A stretch of 64,000 nucleotides of DNA, from NCBI GenBank assembly GCA_010015585.1, contig ML975152.1, one strand, 5' to 3'. Every line of letters starts with the position of its first letter. Within the stretch, counting starts at the first letter, position 1. Made by a program: the position numbers and the translations under genes. Below the pieces are notes generated by a model. That model was not told the DNA's origin, did no database searches, and saw only the letters and a list, made by a program, of their open reading frames with translations. Source of the stretch: Eremomyces bilateralis CBS 781.70 (lineage: Eukaryota). This document shows positions 54,981 to 64,000 of the stretch, one piece after another.

Positions 54981-55288
54981 GGTGGACGTGAGAAGGAGAG
55001 TTGAGACGTACCCTTTGAACTTCTTAGATAAAGTAAAGATAGAGTAGATACATATCGAGATACACATCCAGATGCAGAGCCCATTGAAGATATCAACCGA
55101 GCCAGCAGTATCCTACACTCGCTAAACATTTCATGGTACTCATCCCACAGCCGATATGTTCAACATTATTCGGCCTCAACAAAGGTCTTGGGCATCGGCA
55201 CTACCAGAGGATTGCAAGTCGAACCTAGAATTATCGCCGTTAGCGAGAAAGTCCTCATAGCAGATTGAGAGCAATATTGATGAGAGAA

Positions 55289-55392
55289 TCCAAATCAGAC
55301 AGTCCTTTGGCTTTGGACAGGAAAATCGGCAGCTGCGTGACTTAAAAGCCACACTCCTAAGATAGGGGCGACACGAAAATTCATCATTTGGA
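55289..55392 (-). ncRNA. Intronic box C/D snoRNA, probably snR67-like
   Basis: Terminal stem UCCAAA/UUUGGA enclosing C box AUGAUGA (55381-55387) and D box CUGA (55295-55298); guide GUGUCGCCCC(UAU) + D'-like CUUA; internal hairpin GUGUGGCUU/AAGUCACGC; inside intron 55225-55421. Confidence 0.8.
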
Positions 55393-55847
55393 AGGGGAAA
55401 AATAGAAGAGTATCGACTTACCAGGACATCATAGCTCGACTGCAGTCCTCTGTCGAGACGGCTGCAGTTGTTGGGGATAGAAGAAAGGAATTAGAAAAAT
55501 TCTGCGAGAAGATAAAGTGTCCCGGGCCCAGTAAAAGCACAGGGCACTTCAGCGGAGCGGTTCCTGTATCACTGGATCGGAGCTGTAGTGAACACCCATG
55601 TCATCAATCGCTGTTCATCATCTATCCATTCCTCTCCAAGCCAGAAATTCCATGTTCCTACAAATGGCTCGCACATTCTCTTTCCATCCCCTTGTACCTA
55701 CATGTGCGTTGTGTATCTGTGCCTCTAATGGTGGATGAACCTGAATCCTGAAGAACTGCAACCAAGGAACCAAACCGCGTCAATCAATCGTCCCACGGGA
55801 AGACGCAGCTGCTTTGTATCTGAGATTCCATCCGCAGAAACGGGAAG

Positions 55848-56467
55848 ATGTCGGACCGCGAGTTTGGAGGTAAATACCCTCCGTTGGAAGGACGCAGTCC
55901 AGAGACGCTATATCGGCTAACATGGTGACTTATACAGGGAGCGACGACCTCTCCCTCCCCAAGGGTAATCCCCCCATCTCCCCCATTTCCCCCCATCTCC
56001 CACCACCCAACTAACCCCCCTAGCCACCGTCCAAAAGATCATCAGCGAGATCCTCGCACACGACAGCGGCGCGACGTTCGCCCGCGAGACGCGCGACCTT
56101 CTCATCGAATGCTGCGTGGAGTTCATCACGCTGGTCTCCTCGGAGGCGAACGAGATCGCGGAGAAGGACGCGAAGAAGACGATCGCGTGCGAGCACGTGC
56201 AGACGGCGCTGGAGCAGCTCGGGTACGGGGAGTACGTGCCGGAGATCTTGAAGGTGGCGCAGGACCATAAGAATCAGCAAGTGGTATGTTTTCTGTTGAG
56301 TGTGGGGGTGTTGGGTGGTGGGGGCTAATGGTGTGTAGCATCGGGAGAAGAAACATAGCAAGTTGGAGCAGAGTGGGTTGTCGACGGATGAGCTCATTCG
56401 GCAGCAGCAGGAGCTGTTTCGGTCCGCGACGGATAAGTTCAACTCGGCGCCGCAGGATGGGGAATGA
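55848..56467 (+). CDS. NCB2: Negative cofactor 2 beta subunit (NC2beta/Dr1); 4 exons
   Basis: MSDREFG..DDLSLPKATVQKIISEIL, RDLLIECCVEFITLVSSEANEIAEKDAKKTIACEHV. Confidence 0.95.
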
Positions 56468-57292
56468 ATTATCGAAGCTGATGGATTGCGCTGGGAATTC
56501 TACGTTGCGTGGATGCCGGGACACTGTACGAGATACCGCAAAACCGAGAGCGACACCGACGATTTCCTGAGGAGTGAGATCTCTGGCGCTGCGGTCGACA
56601 AGGACGGTCGCTTGGACGAGAGGTGGTCAAGGTCTGAAATCCTGCTCTGTCCGCTCGGTGGCACCATCCTTCGATCCTAGCAACGTCCGATTTATCGTCT
56701 ACGGACATTCTCGATGGGCTAGGCGGGGGGATGTAAGAGTTGACATGGTCCAAGTTAGAGAAATGGAATGACTTGAACGGTATCACCTATTCTCCATGAC
56801 CTGATAGCCGTCATCCTGTATTCGTGCTTGAAGGCACAGCTTGCGCTGAACAAGACAACAACCCCTTCGTCCCTCCATATTTCCACCAATATCATTCTCC
56901 CAGAAACAGCAGAACAAGAACAAGACCCAGCTCAATTTCTTATCCCCAACAAGCCTCGTGGCACATGCACGGCAACATTTAATCTCAGCGTCCTCCCGTG
57001 CCACAGGGCGGAACAAGGATGCAGCCCAGACCCTTGCATCGCCGATCTTCACTGCGCGAACTACGAAACCGTCAGCCATCACCGTGAAAAGAAAGGGGAC
57101 ACATCGTGCGTCCATAAGGCAGTTCTGTTCCAGCACTCGGGACATTCTCAACATCAACCCAATCCCTTCACCCTCGTCCCTCGTTCATATACCTACCAGC
57201 CGGGGATCCCATATGCCACGCCCTCGATAGCCACGTCCAGCTGCCTACCTCCCTACACTCAACACTCCTCCGTCCGCATCACATCTGCCAAC

Positions 57293-57919
57293 ATGCCGTC
57301 CATGTGGTTATCCGACGCCCAAAGTCCGTCTCCTCCAACACATTGAAACAAGACCATGCTAACGTACTTCATAGAGGTGGGCGTCGCGTTCTGCTCCGGA
57401 GGTGTGTAACCTATCCCACTCCACTCCATCGCCTCCATCCCCAGTCCTACCCAACTTGCGAAATCCAACCCGATCTAACCCCCCCTCCTTCCAGGCACAT
57501 TCTTCCTCCTCGGCGGCCTCCTCATGTTCTTCGACCGCGCCATGCTTGCCATGGGAAACGTACGTCCCTCCCCCCTCTATTCCAAACCATAGTCCTCCGC
57601 ACCATACTAACCCCCTCTCCAACAGATCCTCTTCCTAATCGGCCTTCCCCTCCTCCTCGGCCTCCAAAAAACCTTCTCCTTCTTCGCCCGCCGCCACAAG
57701 CTCCCCGGCACCGCCGCCTTCACCCTCGGGATCCTTTTAATCCTCTTCCGCTGGCCGCTGATCGGGTTTTTGGTGGAGTTATATGGAATCGTGGTGCTGT
57801 TCGGGGACTTTCTAGGGACGTTGGTCGGGTATGCCGGGCAGGTTCCGGTGGTGGGGCCGGGGATTCGCGCGATGGGGGAGAGGGTGGGGTTGGCGGGGGA
57901 GGGGGGTTTGCCGGTGTGA
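57293..57919 (+). CDS. GOT1: Golgi vesicle transport protein Got1; 4 exons
   Basis: MPSMWLSDAQKVGVAFCSG, FFDRAMLAMGN, ILFLIGL, WPLIGFLVELYG, QVPVVGP. Confidence 0.93.
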
Positions 57920-58332
57920 TGGTAAGAAAAGAGATGGGGTGAGGGGAGGGGAGGGCGTTCGTCGGTTTTGCGCGGGGAGTCGGGAAAACATACCACGCTT
58001 GTTGCAGATCTGTGGACATTGGTGGATGGGACTTCATGTTATACGGTTCGTGGAATAGATCGAGGGTTGGCACGGAGCGTTCGCGAGCGAGGGTGTCAGT
58101 GTCACATAATGTACGATCGAGCGATGGATTATAGATTGGGAAAATGGAGCCGTTGGACCAACGGCGCAAGTCATTGGATTTCATGAACGACGTTCGCTCG
58201 CTCGCTAATTAATGCAGTGAAAGTATGTCCCTATCAGATATCTTCTCCTGTACCCCAACGCCACCTGATCATCTCCTATTCGTTTCCTGCCACGGAACCA
58301 AGCAAAGTCATATCGCAAGTCATCCTCATCCA

Positions 58333-59524
58333 TTACACTCCCATCGGCAAAAAATGACTAAAATGCCCCGGTATCTTCGCCTGGCATTTCTCACACTCCT
58401 CCCGATACCCCATCGCGATCCTCTTCCGCTCCATCAACGCCCCGGCCCTCGCCCGCCCCCGTCGCGCCAGCAGACCCGTGTTCTCGACGCTCGACAGGTC
58501 CACCACGTCGATCTGCGCGTCCGGACGGAGAGCAGGGAAGGCGTGGGAGGAGCGGTGTCGGTGGTGGGTTGGGGGGGACCGGGGTGGGGCGGTTGATTCG
58601 ATGCTGGCTGAGTTGAAACTGGCTGACTCGAAACTGCCTGAGGAGCCCGAGAAATTCGAAGTTGGCGGGTCAGATGGTTGGGGGGCAGCGAAGTACGTCG
58701 ACCGCGGCGACACCTCGGTCCCCTCCATATCCATCGCGCCGCTGACGCTCAACCGCGCCAACTCATTCCCCACCAGCAGCCCCGTTGGCGTCTCGGGCGC
58801 GTCCTCGGCGATGGGCGAGGCGATGGGCCGGTCGTGGACGAGGTGGTGCGGGAAGAGGTGGAGGGGGGGGAAGGCGATGGTGCGGTGAGGGAGGAGGGAG
58901 TCGTGGAGGATCGGGGTGAGGTTGGATGGGAAGGAGGAGGCGATAGGGGTGGGGATGCGAGGGGTGGTGCGGGTGGGGTAGGAGACGGGGCGGGTGCGGA
59001 GGAGGGGGGGGCGTTTGAAGGGGGAGGAGGGGGGTGGGGAGGAGGGGAGCATGGTGTTGGTGGAGGGGGCGGAGGGAGGGTCGTCGAGGTCCATGGGTAC
59101 GTCGTCGCCTGGGGGCTCGGCGCTGGGTTCGCGGATGTTAATGGCGGAGAAGTTGGCCCATTCATTGGGGGGTTGGGACGTTATGGTGGGCATTGGGTGG
59201 TCGGGTTGCTCTAGTTCCATGTCGTAGCTCGCGATGCTCGATGCTTGGGAATGGGACGGGGTGAGGAGATGGGGAACGACGAAGTGGGAGGGGGGGCTCT
59301 CGCTGGTCGAGGTGGTACGGTATTCAGCGTGGTTGAAGGGAGTGAAGAAGGTGGCTTTGTTGTCGTTCACGTTGAGGTTGAAGCGGAGTCGCTATGGATA
59401 TGTGGTTAGCATCTATCCTGTGTCGAGGGAGCTATGATAATTGGTAGTAATATACCTTCTCAGGGGTTCCCCAAGGAGAGACGTCCTCATCCTCGAAATC
59501 ATCTCGCTCTCTCTTTCCAGGCAT
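58333..59524 (-). CDS. Conserved fungal hypothetical protein, P/S-rich with C-terminal CxxC...HxxH motif; 2 exons
   Basis: MPGKRERDD start, intron about 59392-59454, ends MGYREECEKCQAKIPGHFSHF. Confidence 0.8.
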
Positions 59525-61196
59525 GGTGAGTTGAATTATTGTTCTTGCAAAATCTCCAGTCCTCGTTGTGTGCAATAGCCAATATCCAGCATAGGACGCA
59601 GTGGCTCAGTGATGGACCCGTCCGAGCGTGTCAAGCCGCGCTGACCTCATTCAACCCCTTCTGATCACAAGCTGCCGACCAGCGACGAGTCAATTCGATA
59701 GTTTTGAATGGTAGGTAAGATGGAAAGCAGTGCGAAGGATGTCAAGGAGCACACAAAAGGATGAAAATTGAAAAATCCAAAGTGCAAGAGAAGAGTGTCA
59801 GATAAGGGGAGGATAAGCCAAGTGATCCTGATGAAATGTCGGTGATGTCGGAGAAGTGACGAGGTGGGGGTTTTGAAGTGAACTTGAAATGTGTTGAAAT
59901 CGGTGGCTGCGACGTGGATGGGTTTCAAAAAGCCACAGATTCAAGAAAAACCCAATCACGGAGACTGAAAGACCCGAAAGAAGTGATAGATGTCTTAGAT
60001 ATCCTTCATCGCGGATGATGAAATGTGAAGTGATCAATCCCTTTTCAGCGGCTCCAATTCCATCTCATGCAACCCCCTCGTTCGTACTGATCAACGTCTC
60101 CTCACCTACGATCTTCACCATTCGTCCGTCCGCTCACCTAGTCAAAGTAGTCAAAAGGCAAATAAAGTAACATAAGATGATAAGAACCACTCGACCCCGG
60201 ACAAACACAATCTCTCCCAAGTCCCAAGTCCTAACATATCCTTTCCCGAATGCCACCAAGACCTAATGAACTGTCCTAGACCTCCAACTGGCCGCCCCTC
60301 CATCCTCCATCCACCAACCCAGCAGCGGGAACGCCGGACATAGAGTGCGGACGTGCGCGTTCGGTCGTCGGATCGTGCTGCGGCGATCCGGACACCCGGT
60401 CGGGTTCATCTATCGGACGCCGCTATCGATGTGTGGCCGCTATTTTTACGTACAGTGGTCGTTCCGGGGTTCCGTCGCGTGGTGCCTGGTGCATATTGGC
60501 TCGGGGGGAATATGTACTGTAATATCGCGAAGGGTGAGGAATCTACCATTCGCATAATTTGCGTGTCCGTTCATAGGATTGGATGATATGGAGAGTGGTA
60601 AAAAATTCGAATTCTTATCCAGCGCACCGATTCAGTCGTCGTTGTAGCCGCCTCAGCTTTACAGCCCCGAAGCCTGAAACGACCCCAAGACCACTGAGGC
60701 ACTGACAGCGGCAGCCCCACGATGGGACGCAACCTCAAGCTCGATGCTCCTGTCATCTGCTTTTCGACCAGTCCAATGCTCTAGATCGAGAAGATGAAAC
60801 CCGATGGTCAGCACTGCATCGCTCGGTTCCGAGAGATGGCTCCTTGAGTGTCGGTAACGGGGGCTCCGTGCATATGATTGCATGAAATGCATCGACCGGG
60901 AATCTGGATATTCGTACGTATTACTGACACTGCAGCCTGTAGGCACATGGCGGTGGTCGAAGAACGATCCAGCCTGATCGTGGTGCAGCCGCTCAATGAT
61001 GAGAGGCTTTGAGGGCCTTCGATTTTATACTTACGACTCGATCAAACAATATCCTATCATTGCCGAATGCTACCTATATCGGTATTCGAGATAGGGATTC
61101 TTCCCAAACACCCATCTAAACCTAACCAGTAACCCCAACTTTTGAGTTCCACACGCCCCTCTAATACCCGAGGACTGATTTATGTCGACTCAACGC

Positions 61197-62629
61197 CTAC
61201 GCCTTTTCCACCAACCCCTCCGGCAACGTCGCCACCTTCTCCCGATACAACCGCTCTGCATCCGCCCACACCTGATTCGCGCGCCAATCCCGCAACTCTT
61301 TCAGATACGGCAACAGCGCCCCGGAGAAAGCCTCGCTCGCCTCCCGCGGCAGCAAGCTCGGCAGATGATCGATGCTAATGACGCGGACGGGGGTGCCGGC
61401 GACGCCGTCGACGGCGATGGTAGGTTGGGTGAAGGTGCTGGTTTCAGTGTAGACTGGGACGGGGTTGTTGGGGTTGGTGTTGTCGGCGCTGTGGTGGGAA
61501 GGTGAGTGGGTGGTTCATAGTTACAGGAAAGGGAGACGTACCTGACGTCGCAGATAACTGTGACATTGCGGTTGGGGGAGGAAAGTTTCTCGGGGGTGAT
61601 GAAGGGGGCGATTTTCTCGGTTAGGTAGATGCAGTTGACGAAGATATCGGCCTCGGCGATTTCTAGAAGATATCAGCGGTCCATTCCCGTTCCCAATGCT
61701 TCTTGTCGACTGTAAAAACTCACCATCAAACGGCCCCCCCTTCGCCGTCTCCGCCATATCCCACTTCACAATCTGCTCCTCTGGTACCCCCACCGCCCGA
61801 CACAATTCCACCGCTCCGCTCCCACACCGCCCCAGCGCCCCAATCACCAACACCCTCGGCGCCCTTCCAACTGCCTTAATATCTTCCGTCACCTGGCTCA
61901 CCAGCTCTCCCTCCGTCGGATAATACCCCTTCCCCCCTGTATACTCATCCACATTCTTCAGCACCCCCCCGTCCTGCTGTGCGCGCCACGCCTTGATCGC
62001 GAGCGCCGCGCCGGCGAACCCCGCGTGGTAACCGAAGGCAGCGACGCGACGGCCGCCGGTGGCGAGGAATTCAAGGTCGAGGAGGGTGCCGTCGGCGCGG
62101 GCGTAGCGGGCGAGGGTAGGGGCCCAGGCGTGTTGGTTTTTGAAGACGTGGGCGAATTGGATGTGGGTGTGGGGGAGGCGGGCGGGGAGATCGGGGAGTT
62201 CTTTGAGGCCGATGATGATCTGGAGAGCGTTAGGGGTGGTGAAAGGTAGCAGTATGGTTGTTTGGGAGCAAGTTGGGAGATGGGGAGGAGGGGGTTTACC
62301 TCGTCGGTAGGGGCGGTGAGCCAATAGCTCTTTTCGACTAGTTGGGCGCCGATGGAGGAGAATTCGTTGTCGTCGAAGATGCGTTGGTCGCTTCGTTCGA
62401 CTTTGATGGTGTAGCCGGAATCGATGAGTGCTTTGGCTGTGGTAGGCTGAGAGAGGTTAGCCGTCTTCCTGAATTGGGAACTCCAAGCTTCACAATTGAT
62501 CGCGAAAATGGAGATATGAATCAATTGACTCCAGAACAAGACTTAGACAAGATGGGATGGACGTACAGTCAAAGCACTCCGATGCTCCATCGGCTTATCC
62601 TCCCCACGTAGAACGAGTGTCGTCGACAT
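61197..62629 (-). CDS. LYS1: Saccharopine dehydrogenase (NAD+, L-lysine-forming); multi-exon
   Basis: [86 protein letters not shown]. Confidence 0.96.
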
Positions 62630-62770
62630 GATGCAGCTACCAACAAATCTAAAAATTCAATGACAAGAAAAGTGACAGTCCGGATATTTCTCTGGATTCT
62701 GGAGATTCCTTCTCTTTCGAACTCGAATTTATACGTGATATACTATCAAAGATTTCTATCAAGGGTTACG

Positions 62771-63316
62771 TGACTCACTGGTGACTGGACTCATCGGCGG
62801 TGGGATGAAGTCACGGAAATTTGATATGCTACGGCGGACGACAGGAGCTCGAAATGCTTCGCCTCCATTTTCGGGGAAATTTCGAGACTGGTGTCACTAG
62901 ACTCCCACCACAATTGACAGAGGTAAAGAAGTCATTGGCCTTGCAAAATCGTTGGCCACAATGGGAGTTACAATATCTTTACATTAAACTCTTAAAAGAG
63001 TCGAGAGCGGTAACATGGCATGGCCATCCGATGCTTCGCTTGATGCTGTCCTGCGCCACCAAAACCCAGTACAGCTCGTGACTCCTATGCGATATTGAAC
63101 GAAGCTTGAATTGATCTAAGGACCGATTCTCGGAGGAAGAAGGGAGACGCCAAAGCCAATTACAATGCATCCTTTCCAATCTATCCGATGTCCTGGTCAA
63201 TATCCTGGTCAATGCAGCCAGCAGACATAGATTCACAGTTTGTCGGGCGCGTAGTTACGCCACGAATTGATCGTCTGGTTCACTTGCTCCGTCTGCTCCA
63301 GAATTCTTTTGACTCA
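62771..63316. promoter_or_regulatory. Gcn4/CpcA sites in the LYS1-ARO divergent promoter
   Basis: TGACTCA at 62771-62777 and 63310-63316, plus TGACTC near 63079. Confidence 0.65.
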
Positions 63317-63470
63317 CCGCCAGCATTACAGCTTTCTTCAAATTCTTTCAGCTTTCGTCTTTTCCTTTCTTCAGTCCACATCTCTATCCTAACATTCCCT
63401 TCGACTCCTCCCGAATTCATCAATTTCTAGTCTCGTTTCTCTAATCCCCACGCGCAACGCACTCACCATC

Positions 63471-64000
<530 letters not shown>

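Noticed and set aside
59525..61196. Telomerase RNA in the long intergenic region
   Set aside because: No CCCTAA-type template found on either strand

Overview
Gene-dense, intron-containing DNA from a filamentous ascomycete (Pezizomycotina-type GT-AG introns of about 45-100 bp with CTAAC/CTGAC branch points). About 25 protein genes are recognisable, mostly housekeeping: SIP5 3' end, Slk19-domain protein, NSE1, RPL13, LYS2, an LRR protein, SEC4/Rab8, a Pth11-like membrane protein, SRPK, GRIP golgin IMH1, lunapark, bZIP KapC, pterin carbinolamine dehydratase, TDA3-like oxidoreductase, an SDR, NC2-beta, GOT1, LYS1 and a DAHP synthase 5' end. A compositionally distinct accessory block (about 3.5-18.8 kb) carries a hAT-type MITE with an 8-bp TSD, a calpain, a GRE2-like reductase, a peroxisomal acyl-CoA ligase, two kinase-like pseudogenes and a siderophore transporter with a perfect 26-bp SreA-site palindrome. 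The best features invisible to the ORF track are: (1) a spliced, apparently non-coding minus-strand host unit (about 54.8-55.5 kb) whose two introns each hold a box C/D snoRNA (snR67-like and snR53-like, the latter with an extra 15-nt LSU rRNA guide); (2) an orphan gene with a duplicated exon-intron unit; (3) recurrent C-rich to G-rich skew islands; (4) candidate structured RNAs at about 60.3-60.9 kb. All calls are by eye. rRNA and snoRNA comparisons use recalled reference sequences and need confirmation by search.
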